64,000 nucleotides of DNA from Cenococcum geophilum. Its lineage: Eukaryota. The stretch lies in NCBI GenBank assembly GCA_050273025.1, contig CP158635.1, forward strand, positions 22,692,001 through 22,756,000, given 5' to 3'. The translations under genes and the position numbers were made by a program. The notes below the pieces were generated by a model, which was given only the letters and a program-made list of their open reading frames with translations, ran no database searches and was not told where the DNA came from. Positions 1 through 13,035 of the stretch are shown here, piece after piece; positions within the stretch are counted from its first letter, which is position 1; each line of letters begins with the position of its first letter.

Positions 1-1237
1 TCTGCTCTGCTTCGTTTCGCGTCTCTGCTTCGCTCTGTGCCGCGCTCTCTCCAGCCCCGAAAGGCTGATCCCTTTCCTCACCATCGTCGTGACTTGCAGC
101 TGACAACCCGAGCCGCCAGCCAGCCCGCCCATCCGCCCGCCGCATAAGCCTTCATAATCGTATTGCGTATCCTTCCATGCGTGCTTCCATGCGCGCGGGA
201 CCGCACTTGCAGGCTGCCTTCTTTCAGCGCGGCAATGGTAGGGCTGATTGCTGGGGGCTGAGCTCCTCTGAGACCCTGTCGCACCAGTAGAGCCTCGCGA
301 GCGGCCTAGAAGCGCCGCCGAGGTGCTGTTGGATATGTTTCGAGTGACTGGAGGTCGGGGCGCTGGTGACACCGCTGGCGCGCGCAGAAAGTGTGAAGAT
401 GTCTCTCTGTCGGAGCACGCACCGGGCTTGGCCCTGAGGGTGTAGGGGCCGCGAATCTCAGTTGCTGCAGCCTAACTGCCGTATCGTGATGGGTGGGTCG
501 CACGGTGAAGATTCACCTTCCATCTGTTCCTTAACGTGTTTCGCATGCAATGCGGCGGGCGTAAGGGAGAGTCAAAAATTTGGTAAGATGGGGGCGGCGA
601 AAAAAGGGTGAGGGAAAAAACGTATCGTTCACACAACGGATCAAAAAAGCACTGAAGATAGGAGTCACTAGTAGGCAGCTTTCAAAGTATTGTAACGAAT
701 AGAAGTGTAGATTTTTGGCTTTGCAGCCCCAATGGATGTATTGAAATCCAGTTCTAGGTAATTCTGAAATGTCAAACCCATTTCCCACACACCCCCAAAA
801 ACCAATCTGAATCCAGCCCAGACGCACCACCGTTGAGAAAAAAAAGGGGGAATATCCTTCGCAGTGAAAACTTTTCCTGACCGTCGTAAACCCAGCGTTT
901 CGCAAATGCAAGGACCGCTTGAACGATGACTCGAAAGAGACAATCATGTGAAAAAACCTCATCGATCCATGCTCCAAGTGACCCTGTGATGTGATGGCTA
1001 GAGAGCCGCCGCCCAATGCATATGCTTTTCCCAGTCATCGGAACCTAGTAGTACAGTCTTGATCATTTCCCAAAGCAAAAAAAGGATTGCAGAATTACAA
1101 TTAAGCAAGAAACGAAAACGCAGCAAGTGGTATCTCGCAATCAAGCAAGTAAGCAAACAAGCAGGAAAGGTGAGAGTCCAGTAAAATCGACCAAACAAGC
1201 CAACCATAAACGCCAGCGCCAGCGCCAGTTCAACCAT

Positions 1238-2467
1238 CTAGGCAGAAGGATAACGCAAGATCTCCTCGCAGTTCGCATCGAACCGCATGCTCCAAAGACG
1301 CATACCAGTCATCAACTTCTCCGTCTTCTCCAACTCCCGGTCTCTTCCGAAGATTGAGTCAACAAACTCACATCCACTGTTCTTGCCCATGCTCACGGGC
1401 TTCTTCTCGCCGCTCTCCTTCTTAGCGGCCTTCCACATGTAGTCTTCGCAGACTTTGAGTAATTTAGCGAAGCGAACCCACAGGCGTTCGCCGCTGTCCA
1501 GGAAATCCTCCACCATTTCCTTGCTTTCGGTCTTTCGGATCTTCGGCATACACTCTTCTGCACGCTTGACTTTGCCAGCGAGCTGGATGAGGAGAAGCCA
1601 TAGTTCGCCCGCCATCTCGGATAGCGGTGTGGCGGGTCCATGATGGAAGACGGTCCAGTCATAGATCCACTTGCCTAGAGAGTTAGCGTCGAAGACGCTA
1701 CCCAATAGCATGATAGGCTCCTCGGTCGGGTCCCAATTCTTGTAGGAGTAGCCTGCTGGAATACCGGCTCGACGCGCGTCCTCCTCTGTTGCCTTTGGAG
1801 TCGGTTTCGCCGTTGCTGGTCGCTGCTTGGGTGGCGAAGGTTGAGGTCGGCTCGAGTGGGAGGCGCGACGGGCTCGGGAACGGTGTGGCGTAGGCTCTGC
1901 TTCGGTGTAGATTGGGACCTGATCGTAAGAATAATAGTGATCAGCACCTCCGTAGTTTTCATAGTATTCGTACGGTTCGTACGGCGGCGGCGGGCTGTCA
2001 TAGACATGATTGTCATAGACATAGTCGTAATCGTCGTCGAAAACGACATGCACGTGTCGCGATTGCGAGGGACGATGCTTGCTGCTTGAATAGGAGCGGT
2101 GCTTGAGAGGCGTGCCGTCCACATCGCGAAAACGCCGACTTCTGGTTCGAGTACGATCGAAATTACTTACATAGTCGGGGTTGCGCTGCGGCGTAGCGTG
2201 TTGCGAAGGATAGTATCGCGGTGACGAGTAGCCCGGATAGTACTGAGGCATGCGTGGTGACGTGAAGGGATATGTGGGTTCCTGTTGGCTTGCTCGTCGT
2301 GCGTGTGTTTTCGGTGAGCCTCGAGGTGATGGTGTCGCGGTATGAACAGAGTATCGAGGCGAGTAGTAGCCATGTGCTCCGGGTGAAGGAGACACTGGAG
2401 GAGTTCGCATGTAGTCGTAGGGCATATAGCCCGGAGGAGCGGTGGGGTATTGAGGTGGGAAATTCAT
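1238..2467 (-). CDS. Conserved fungal hypothetical protein with Pro/Tyr/Ser-rich N-terminus and conserved C-terminal domain (family often auto-annotated 'vegetative cell wall protein gp1')
   Basis: 409-aa intronless ORF. The C-terminal block IPAGYSYKNWDPTEEPIMLLGSVFDANSLGKWIYDWTV is recognisable as conserved in Pezizomycotina. Function unknown. Confidence 0.85.
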   Translation of the reverse strand: MNFPPQYPTAPPGYMPYDYMRTPPVSPSPGAHGYYSPRYSVHTATPSPRGSPKTHARRASQQEPTYPFTSPRMPQYYPGYSSPRYYPSQHATPQRNPDYVSNFDRTRTRSRRFRDVDGTPLKHRSYSSSKHRPSQSRHVHVVFDDDYDYVYDNHVYDSPPPPYEPYEYYENYGGADHYYSYDQVPIYTEAEPTPHRSRARRASHSSRPQPSPPKQRPATAKPTPKATEEDARRAGIPAGYSYKNWDPTEEPIMLLGSVFDANSLGKWIYDWTVFHHGPATPLSEMAGELWLLLIQLAGKVKRAEECMPKIRKTESKEMVEDFLDSGERLWVRFAKLLKVCEDYMWKAAKKESGEKKPVSMGKNSGCEFVDSIFGRDRELEKTEKLMTGMRLWSMRFDANCEEILRYPSA

Positions 2468-5400
2468 CTATGCGGTGGCACCACGCGGCGCCTTAAAATT
2501 ATATTGAGAAATATCGAAAAAAAGATGAGAAAGACGAAACTCGATCAGGCAGCGCGGCCCTGTCACCGTGGCGACTGCAAACAGTGGGTGTGTCTTTGAG
2601 CGCGGGTGAAGGTGAAGGTAGAAGAGGGCGGTTCTGTCGCGGAGGAAGAAGGGAAAATCTGTTTCTGTCTTCCACACATTTGTTGTTCGTTTTTATGGCA
2701 ACTGGAAATTGCTGGAAGGATCCGTGATTAGATCCTAGAAAGCGTGGTGAACGAAGTCGTTGGTCAAATGCTTGCTAATACAATGTTGAAAGTTGCTCGC
2801 TCGAAGAGGGCACAGGAGGGCAGGGAGGGAGAGGGTACAAATAGTCTTTGGGTGTGCGCAAGCGACGGCGGTACCCACACTCAGCCCTGCTATTGGTGGA
2901 AAGTCCCCTGTGCTCACAAACAAGCCACAACCTCACCGACGACCCCCTACCCCTGACACTCTCGATCGCAAAGCCTAATCTATGGGGCGGACTAAAAGGT
3001 GACTCCAAATTGGCCCTTCTATTCATAAGTCGGCGCAGTCAGAGACCGAGATTTGCGGCCGCTGTTGCTGGTCGTCGTCATTTGAGAGAAGGCTCTGACT
3101 CTGCCGCGTGTGTGGCCCAGGGCCAAGCGAAATTATTTGGGTTGAAAGGATGCCTTACGCCCACCCTGTTACGTGCCGTGTTATATTCTCGTTCTGTTTG
3201 TGCGTAAAGTACGAAACAATCCCTCGCTATTATTTTTATACACGCACTCCCATAGGCACAACAGTCCCCTAGTGGAAGGTGGCAGAACGCTCTGGTGCAC
3301 TCTGGCGCACTCCAGGGTCTTCTGGTTCCCACTCGCTACTTCTCCCTGATAGGTAATTTGTAAGCGTTACCTCCGTTGTACTGCTGTACTCCCCCAAGCT
3401 CCTCGCCGTGTGCCACCCGGCCAATATTAACGAGGGGGACTCCAGCTGCGAACGACTCATGCTACGGTTTGCCTCTGGTCCCCCCTTTGCGCGGCGAGGC
3501 CTTCCTTCAGCACGCTCTAGGAAAGTGCTTCGTTGCGACCGTCATGCTATCTATTTCGTCCATGCGACGACCCACCTCTCTTGCTGGGGGTCGCACTTTG
3601 GGGGTCGCACTTTGGTCCCTGCATCCATTTGACATGCTCTCCGGGAGCCGAGGGACAATTTGAGTGGCCGCGCTCGCAAGCGGGGGGCTTCCTCAGCTTG
3701 GACGAGTTGCTCCGGACGAGCCACTTATTCCAACGGATCGAGAAGACCAGCGCTGTTGAGAGTCAAAGCGCTCCATCTACACTGGCACTGTCGTTGCGGC
3801 AAGCGGCCGCCTAGAGTTCTTGTCCGAAACGCTGGAATGAAGATGGCGTCCCCAAGGTTAAGGACTCACCTGGCACGGACGGGATTCTAGGGAAGCCCTG
3901 TCACCGTTTAAACTGAGCCGCACTCTGTCTTGTCGCGGCGTCGCATCCTGCTCGTATGGGGGCCAGCAATTTCCGGGAGCGAAAATTTTTTCTCAACCTG
4001 TCTCAGGATCTGCTGTGATATTTGCTTGGTTCATGCTGTGTTTCTTTACCGCATTTCTGCATTGAACAGCGCCATCCCCTCTCATCTCGCGGTTTTCTCA
4101 ATTCAACTCTACCAGCAGCGACGGAGGGGTAGACAAGGCCCACCGCTGCGTCTCGTCGTGCAGACGCGCGATGGTGATTCGACGATGCACACGGACAACG
4201 CAACGACGCATGCTTTTGCAGGGATTTGATCTTCCCGCAGAGTCAAGCTGCTATCCTTGAAGGAGCAATATTGAACCGCACTGCAAGTAACCGGACGTCT
4301 GACTGGCTAAAACGGAGCGCCATCAATCGCTGCATTAAGCCTATCCAACTAGCGCTCAACGCTGCTGCACTGTAATTCTTGGCTACGCACAACAATATTG
4401 TCACTTGGCTGGCTTCCATTTTGTTGTCATTGGCCCAAACCCACCAAAACCCATCCGCGGAACCTTCTTCTTACTTCCGTCCCAGCGCACCCAGCCTGAT
4501 GGTCATCACCGTCCACCACCGCCCACTTTGGAATTTTCAAATCCCATACCACAACAAAAGACAACTCATCTTGCGCATTGCTCCCGGTCAACCTGTATCT
4601 GATCCCCCATTCTTTTTTGCTGTGCTTCCTCTGCATACTGTTTCTATTGGTCTACCGCTATCTACTGACCAAGCCCTACGAGGCGCAATGACGGAATCTT
4701 GGAAATTTTGGCCAGGCATTCGCTGCGTCTAGCAAGCTGCGTCCATAGCGGAAGATCCGGCAGGCCACGTTTGCTCGGCCATGACGATGCAGGCTGAGCA
4801 TGCATTCGGCTGCTAGCCTGCGTGCGCTCTTCGGTTGTCGCCCAAAATAATTCAGAGATGTCGAATTAAAGGTGAAACTTTCAAATCGACTGTGGCTGTG
4901 TTCAGGTGTTGACTCATACTTTTTTTCGGGCAGCATCGCGATCACGTGGCCCACCGATTTTTGTCCTTCATTGGGATAACAAAGAGGCGTCGCTGGTGGC
5001 GATCTTGCGCAAGTCCGGTGGCAATCCACTGCCTGACAGTTATCTCGACTTCACACTGGTTACGACGAGTCTGTTGAGGGGATCCGGTGCGAATCACGGA
5101 TTATAACCTCTCCGGACGCCTCTTCAAAGGAAGTCGACCTTTGTCGCAGGGCTTCCTGTAACGTCCAGTCACATTAGAAAGGCAAGCGAGTGTTAACGTA
5201 AAGTGACACGCCATCATATTTCAATTTTCATTCGGCTAAACCACATGTGACAGCATCAAATCAAAGGAACTGAACATCTTCGGTCATTTTCTAGTCTGCT
5301 CCTTCGCTTTCGATGCATTTCCCACTTTCTCTAATGTCAGGGGCAGTAGAAATCTTGTCCGGTGACCTTTCAGACCGATAGGTCCCTCATGCGTGAACGT

Positions 5401-7286
5401 CCAGAAACACTTCGGACGGATACGCCGTGGATGACGACGAATATCCCAGATATCTCTCTTGTAGGACTCAGATGCTTTGAGTCACAGGCTGTTTTAGGGT
5501 GCACCTTGCTCGAGAATCAGTCATTCGAAGGAGCCTGAAGAGAAGTCCTGCGCTGAATGCGAATCTCAATTCTTCGGTGGCGTTCACCGGATTCAGCCTT
5601 GGGCGCGGCTGTTTTGGTTCGATGAGTCCACGTCGAGTGGCTTGGCTCAGCTCTATCGAAACGCGCAGTGAAGGACAATCAGGCTTCCTTAACGTCATTG
5701 CCTTCAGCTATTGCCGCTGCCTCATTTTCCTAAAGTTTCATAACTTTTATTTGGAAGCTGTTCTCTTTGATTGACCGCGTATTGAATTCAAGAACTACCA
5801 AAACACCCCAAATCAAGTTTTCCGCCTAGTAAAATGTTTCCCAACAACTGATAACTGCCCATCGGGCACACTCGTATTCCCTGCTCGAGCACGTTCGTGG
5901 GGTTCGTCCCTCTGGATTGGTTGAACATGGTCTTGAAAATTATCTCCTCGTTTCTTCAAGCCACACTGCCCTGTGCTCATAACACCCAGGTCCAATAACT
6001 ACATTTCATTTCATTCTTCCATTTACGCTACCTTCACCGCTGCTGCTGCCTAATATTTCCCTTTACGTCGCACAGAGGAGAAGATCTTGATCATGCCCAT
6101 ACCCATGTCTCTTTTTCTCTCCGACCTCCTATTTGCGGCAGGTAGCGCTTATGATCGCGTATCAGCTTTGACAGTCCTCCATTGAGACCGTCTCAAGCAT
6201 ACTAAGCTCATCTTCACGCGATTCCTTGACATAGGAAACGCGTCCCGGCCCTTTGGAGCCGCCATCATTCGCTCCGTGCGCTTGCGGGCTAGAGTTGATG
6301 TCTCGCAGTTGAAAATACGCTACGAGGGCGCCGACTGCCCCGTACTCACACCGCTCCAATAAATGGTTGATTTTGCTATTGATATCTCGATCATATATCT
6401 GTAAAACGGTCGAATTTCTGTGCGGATGCTCCGATCAGAAACCCCCGGTTGTGATTCACACCTCAGGCAGCCGTCAAATTTTCAATCGGTGGACTATTAA
6501 TGAGTCTTTGATTAGTTAGCTCGCTGAAGTCAATGAAAGGCTTCTTTGCATTGAAATTTAGCTCTCCTATCTACCTCACAAAGTCCAAGACTAACTCTGG
6601 TGATATACTGGTTCAGATCCAGGGATACATCTCATCTAGTGTTCGCGAAACGACGTCTACATTTGATCGATGCGTATCACGGTTGATATCTGCTTCTACG
6701 GCCCCCTGAATTCGCAGACCTTTTCGCCAGATCCACACCCTGAACTGCATCTTGCGCAGATATGCTCCCGGATACTTGAATAACCAGCTCTACCTCTAAC
6801 ACCACAGCACGGCGTAGAACACTATCACATCCCTACAACCAATCTAAGCCTACAAATCAAACTCCGGTTTTGATTCTCACTCTCGCCACACACCCCGCCC
6901 CCCTTCCCTCGTTCTTACTCGCCCAGTCTATATAGCCCAACTATGCACGCTCTTTACCGCTCCACCCACTCCACCTCGCTCTGCCTTGTAGCAGCATCCA
7001 CAAAACTCCTCAGTATGCAAAAACGCAGAAACATCTTGGTGTGGCGGTGAAGGTGGTGGGAGTAAATGTGGGAACGAAGAGAAAAAAAGCGCTGAAACGC
7101 GACGAACGACGTGCCGTCCAGGAAAAACAAAAAAGCTGATGAAGCGAAACCATGCAACCGCACCCATCCATCTGTCTCTCCTCGCCCTCGCAACCTCAGC
7201 CCTAGCCCAAGTCATGATCGCAGCAGCAGCAGCAGCCAGCCCCAACCCTAGTCCCAGCCCAGAGCCCACTAGCCCCTCACCCCCTC

Positions 7287-10200
7287 CTAACTCATCGCCC
7301 TCAACTTCTCCTGCTCCTCGGGCGTCAGACTCGCAAACTCCTCCGCAAACCCGGGCTTCGCCGCCGCATCCCTGAAGAAGCCCACCAGATACGCCTGCGT
7401 CTCGTCGTCGCGCTGGCGGAACCCGCCCACGCCGCTAACCCCATCCTCCGTGAGCGCCATCAGGTCCGCCTTCGTGGTCCCCAGCCCCAGGTCCAGCACG
7501 TTAGGCTCGTCCTCCCAGTCGCCGTCGTCGGAGCCCTCTTCGGCGAGCTCGGCGGCTGCGGCGGCATCCATGGCGCGGGAGGCGCCGGATGCGGAGAGGA
7601 GCTCTTCGACGAGGACTTTGAGGATTTTGAGGGGCGCGGGGACGAGCGTGTATTGGTCTGGGTCTGTGGGGTACGGCGTCAGGGGAACAGAGCTGGAAGT
7701 AAGAACAAAGTGCTTACTGTTGCGTGCCCGCGAGCGCGTCATGATGCGGTCGCTTTGCGGGACGATGAGGTCGCCTTTGACCATGGTCTGTGCCACGCGC
7801 GGGTCCTTGAGGTCGTAGAGTTTGGAGAGGGCGATGACACTGTCAGAGCTATTAGCATCCTTCCACAAACGCAAACATACTTCGCTCTAATACACGCCTA
7901 AAGAAAGATAGATAAAGGAAAACGGATAAGGGGGCACCTACTTCTGCCGGATCTCATCATACCCGGCAAACGTGACCGAGTTCTCCAGCCACTTGGCCAG
8001 CACGACCTGCAGCCCGGTATCCTGGCCGACCTGCAGCTGGGCCAGGAAATCCACCACCTCGTGCGCGTTGACCAGGCTCAGACGCGCGAACACGAGCGTC
8101 AGGCTCTGGATGAACTGCGCTTGCGCCGCGCTGCCTAGCCGCACCGCCACCGCGCGCAGCAGCTGCATCAGGTACGGGCCCAGTCGCTCGCTGCCGGCCT
8201 TCTCGACCACCTCGGCCGCCAGCGCACCCACCTCGGCTGCGGCGTTGTCGTCGACAGCAGGAGAGAGCAGCCGGTCAATGATCACGAGGACGACTTCGAG
8301 GCCGCCCTTGCCGGTTTCATCGCGCCAGTCGAAAAGCTGTTTGGAGTCGTGCATGAGCATGTTTTTGACGGCAGTTGTGGCCGCTTTGAGCAGCTCTTCG
8401 TCATTGGAGCCGAGGAGGAGGCGGTTTAGTTTCGGCATTACAGCTTGCACGAAGCCCTGCGGCAGAGGCTCAGAGCCGTGTTCCGCGAGGACGGAGAGGA
8501 GTTCGGCAGCGAGCTGTGAAGGAATGTTAACAATCTAAACATCTTTGCCATATACTAATCTAATATAAGGCGATAATCGATGAACTTACGTTAGTTAGGG
8601 CATTCTCTTCCGTTAGATTCCCAATATCAAAAGCTCCCGTCAGGGATGGGAGGACCTTTTCGCACAGCTGCACGTATGCATCACTTCCTAACGCAGAAAT
8701 GGTGCTCGTAGCCTCTTCAAAGGTCTCATTGACTAACATAGTCAACTGAAAGTTACTAGCGCCGTGACTGGCAATGGTGAAAAGGAGATCCAGGCCAGCA
8801 CCCGTAAGGCATATTCTTGTATCAAGCAGAATAGCATCCCTTAGAGTCTCCACCAGCGTGACCATCAGATCATCGCTTTCAGCAAGCTCCTGGAGATCCT
8901 GGGTTTGGAGGTAGTTTGAAAGCGCAGAGATGATTGAGCTCTGCATTGGGAGAGTGGCGGCCGGCGGAATTGATTGTAGATAGTATTGTAGTGCTCTGAT
9001 GCAGGAGACTTGAACAACATCGGAATCGTCATTCGTAATAGCTTGCAGCGATGCCTCCATGAAAGATGCTGCAACCTGCTGCAGAGCATCACCAGAAGTC
9101 CTCGTCAGACTACCCGCAACTAGGTATCCCCGTGCCCTAAGGAAGATGTCCTGTTGCTGCATAGCATAGCGGATGAAATCGATAAATCCGTTAGCGGCTT
9201 CCGGGCCGATCTGCTTATCCACATCTTGGAAATCGCCCAGGAGCTGGTTCAGAATATACAACGCTGCTTCCTTAGCTTTCCAGCTTTGAGTTGTTGAGTA
9301 CAGTGACCGTGTGTAGGAGAGCAAACCCTCCACCGTAGCCGCGTTCAGCCACTCTCCTAGTTTGATGACTAGATCCCCGCAGGCTGTCCTTGGGGTATAG
9401 TTTGCTGTGACGCTTGTTTCTTCGGAAAGGAAAATGTTTACATCTACATTCCATAGACCTTCTTCTTCCGTGGTTATCTGAGCGTATGCCACAGCGAGCT
9501 TCATAACTTCGGTAACCCAAGTGCCTTCGGTACCATTTTGAGATTGCAGTTGCTTTTCCAGCTCCACTCGCACAGGAGACGCTCGGAGACACGCTTGCAT
9601 GAAGTCCAACTCTTCCAGAACGAGGAAATCCAGGGTATATGGCAGGCCATCCGCATCTTCCAGACGGCTCTGACGCTCCTCTTCTATATACATTTGATGG
9701 TAGGCGCCTTGCAGTGACGATAATTCTTCCCATGTTGCAGTGAATAAGACAGGGCTTTGCGGTGATAGCATTGCTGGAAACACTGACCGTATCCTCATGA
9801 GGACCTAAAATGGATTTGAGTAAGCGTCGTCTTAAATCCATGACAGTCGAACGGCATACCTTCACAACCTGGAGCTTCAGCGCGACAAGTCCTCGATACG
9901 CCTCCGCAGATCCCGTGTCCTGGTTTTCATCGTCCTCGGACGGCGGAGATGGAAGTCTCGATTTCATAACCTGGATGAAAAAGGGCGTCCACGCACTCAA
10001 CGCCTCGTCTGCAAACGCCTTGACCGCCGCCTTATGATCCTCCATGACCATCTCCAGAATATCAAAGCATCCCCTAAACACGGAAACAGCTAGAGCCCTC
10101 AGCGTTGTCTTCCTCGAATCATTGACGGCAACATCGTAAACAACCTTGACCAGATCCCTAGCGACGTTGAAGAACTGCTCCTCGTTGAAGCAGTCATCCA

Positions 10201-10669
10201 CTAGCTCATCCAGCACCTTCAGCGCGCCGTGCAGCTGCCCATCCGTCCCATTGGGAATCAGATGCATCAGCTTGGGCAGCAAGTCGGGCCATTCGTCGGG
10301 GAAATCGGCGTTGGCGATCTTGGAGACGACATAGCTAGCAGCACTCTTGACCTTCCTATCCTCGCGCTCGCTGGTGGCCAGGTCGAGCAGCGCGGCGCGT
10401 ACACGCGCTTTTTCCTCATCCCGCACTAGCACTTGGCCCTTGAACTCGTCCAGCTGCGATGACCATGCGGCCAACACGAACGTCTTCAGGCACAGCAGCG
10501 CGGCCTGCCGGGTGTTCAGCGGCACGCTGTCGTGCGAGGCGATGGCCACCAGCCCAATGGCGAAATCTGAGTGCCCGTACAGCGACCGCAGCTGTGCTTC
10601 GGCCGCCTTGCGCGGGCCCTCGGATGACGACTGCGTTGCCGAGAGTAGTTGCACTAGCTGCTCCTCCAT
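7287..10669 (-). CDS. KAP114: Importin-9 / Kap114-like karyopherin-beta (IBN_N + HEAT repeats)
   Basis: Exons 10669-9860, 9804-8590, 8513-7942, 7839-7718 and 7663-7287, joined by GT-AG introns that keep frame. Starts MEEQLVQLLSAT; contains the ADFPDEWPDLL motif and an acidic C-terminal loop (DDGDWEDE). Confidence 0.92.
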
Positions 10670-11208
10670 GGCGGACAAGACAGTCGGTGGGCCTGGTGGT
10701 GGCGGCGGGGAATTGAATTCGAGTGGAGAAGGGGTTGGCACGTCGACGCGTGGTTCGCTGAGGAGGCTGCGGTGGGAGGAAGGAGTCTTTTTTCGAATGA
10801 CGATGGCAATGGAGGGGTGGAAAACGGTACAAGGATGAGGGCGGGGTGTTGGTTTGTTTGTCGCGATAGATGCGCTGCGGAGGCAGAGGACGGGATTGGA
10901 TAGGCGTTGGGGAACTTAGTGAGATGATACTGAGGAAAGGCAAGCTGTCGATGTCGACGTCTTTTCCCAGTAATTATCAAAATTGGTAGGCGCGTTGTTG
11001 TTGCTGCTGCTTTATCGATAGGATAGGAATATTTCTCCGATGTCCCTCCACCAACATCACCACCATCAACACCATCATCACCGTCGTTACCCCCACCAGA
11101 CTACCACCACTTTCCGCCCTCCGCCTCTCCTACCATGCCCTCCGCTCCTCCAATCCGCCCCAATCCCACCGCAAATTGCTAAACCCGCCGACCCGACCGC
11201 CTCACAGC

Positions 11209-11579
11209 ATGCCGCAAAGCTACCTCTCCCATCTCCACCACTTCCTCACCTTCCTAACCGCCTACATCCACACCCTCCTCGCCCTCCGCGACCTCTACCC
11301 GCGCGCCACCTTCCTCACCGCGCGCTTCCACAACACGCCCATCTTTCAATCGCGCCATCCCACCCTCTGCACCTGGATCACCGACGCCGTCTCCGCCGTG
11401 CGCACTGAGCTACTCGCCGGCACCGTCGCCCGCATCGCCGTCGTGATATACCACCTGCCCCCATCCTCCCCATCCGGCGCCACAAAAGTGCTCGAGCGCC
11501 ACCTCATCGACGTGTCACGCTTCCCCGCCGTGCCAAAGCAGGACTGGGAGACCGACATCGTCTTCGCTCCCGCCGAGCC

Positions 11580-11617
<38 letters not shown>

Positions 11618-12102
11618 ACCAGACAAAAGGAAAGACCAAGACGAAACCCAAGCCCCTTGACGCCGACACCCCCGTCGACCTCGCCGAGCAGTTCCGCGCC
11701 GCGCTCATCCAGCTGACGACGCGCTGCGGCCGCCTGGCGCCGCTCCCACCGCACTGCTCCTTCTCGCTCGCGCTGGAGCTGAAGGACGACGCGGACCCGC
11801 CCGTCGGGCACCCGCAGCCGTGGATCCCGGTGCAGCCGTCGCTGCAGAAGACGCGGGGGACGGAAGCGGGGTCGGCGGCTGGCGGGAGCGCGGGCGCGGA
11901 GACGGACGAGAATGGACGGAGCAACAGCAGCAGCAGCAGCAGCGGGCCTGCGGAGGGGGCAGATCTGGGTGGCGCGCGCACGACGCCTATTCGTGCGGTC
12001 GAGGCGGGTGTGTTGAGGTTCGAGATGTGGGTTGAGGAGGGGAAGGCGAAGTTCGAGATGCAAGCGCAGGGGAGTAGGAGTGTGGAGAGTTCGGGGGGAT
12101 GA
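11209..12102 (+). CDS. REV7: DNA polymerase zeta accessory subunit Rev7 (HORMA domain)
   Basis: ATG at 11209. HORMA-type motifs FLTAYIHTLLALRDLYPRATF, QSRHPTLCTWI, LAEQFRA and CSFSLALEL. Intronless, with (AP)n and poly-Ser insertions. Confidence 0.88.
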
Positions 12103-13035
12103 GAGGGCAGTGGGAGAGCGTTCAGACCTGTAATTACAGGCACCAGGCACCAGGCACCAAACGCTGCAGATGATAACAGGATCAAGCTCTGCCACTTAGG
12201 AATGGGAAATGTGGTCCGCATAACTTCACGAGAGCGGATATGCCGCCGACGCCCAGCTCTCGTGGTATCAGCCGAGGGCTAATGCAATTGCTGGGGTCCT
12301 CCCATGCCAGCCACATGTGGTCTCAAGGCATTTTCCCGAAGTTGATAGCACTTAGGTTCCATGAGATAGCTCTCTGTGCCAAACCCAGGCGCTCCCGCAA
12401 AGTAGGACGGGCACAGACATGATTCCCTTTCGCCTCTGCCAACGGTACAGAAAGCTCAGAGCCGCCTAAAGAGCCACAAATGGGTTCCCAGGACGAAAAG
12501 ATACACTTAAAATAGAATCAAATTAGTAAAAAAAAAGGTCTTCATATGATCGTCATGAAAGCTATCTTTTATATTTCATAAAATGCTAAAGTATAAGGGT
12601 ATCAAAAGCGTCCGTCGACTCAACCCCCGGGGCACCCCTTTCTCCTCCCCTCAACCCCGCCGAGCAAAATCCAGCTTTCAAGCATCCCCCCCATCCCCAA
12701 CCCCTCACTCTCTCTCTCCTTCGCTCACTTCCCAATCCGCAACCGCAGCAATATAAAAGCTTCCGCTGTACCCAACGCCCATGCTAAGACCCCTTCAACC
12801 CAAATGCCAGTCCCAAAGCACACGTACAAAAATTTAAGATCCAGATGCCAAAAAACGCCAACCCAGTGCCACGCTATCAGGTACACATACGATGCAAACG
12901 CCAAAATGCCAAAGAGAAATAAATAAATAAATCGGAGCTAAATCGGGGTGGGGCGGGGAGAAGGCCCTCTCACCTCACCCATAGGTAGCTAGTCATAAAT
13001 CGTGTCTCGTCTCGTCTTGTCAATAACAAACTCCC

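Noticed and set aside
1..1237. Short ORFs at the window start
   Set aside because: No recognisable coding signal; probably 3' UTR or intergenic sequence.
2468..7280. Many short ORFs and a 14-bp tandem duplication (GGGGGTCGCACTTT, 3586-3613) in a 4.8-kb intergenic region
   Set aside because: No recognisable domains, splice-supported gene model or RNA gene. Most likely promoter/UTR sequence; a lncRNA cannot be excluded.
7881..7897. Possible 17-nt micro-exon (ctttag|...|gtatgt) inside KAP114 intron 3
   Set aside because: Inclusion would frameshift, there is no clear upstream branch site, and direct splicing 7942>7839 gives the expected QNVIALSK.
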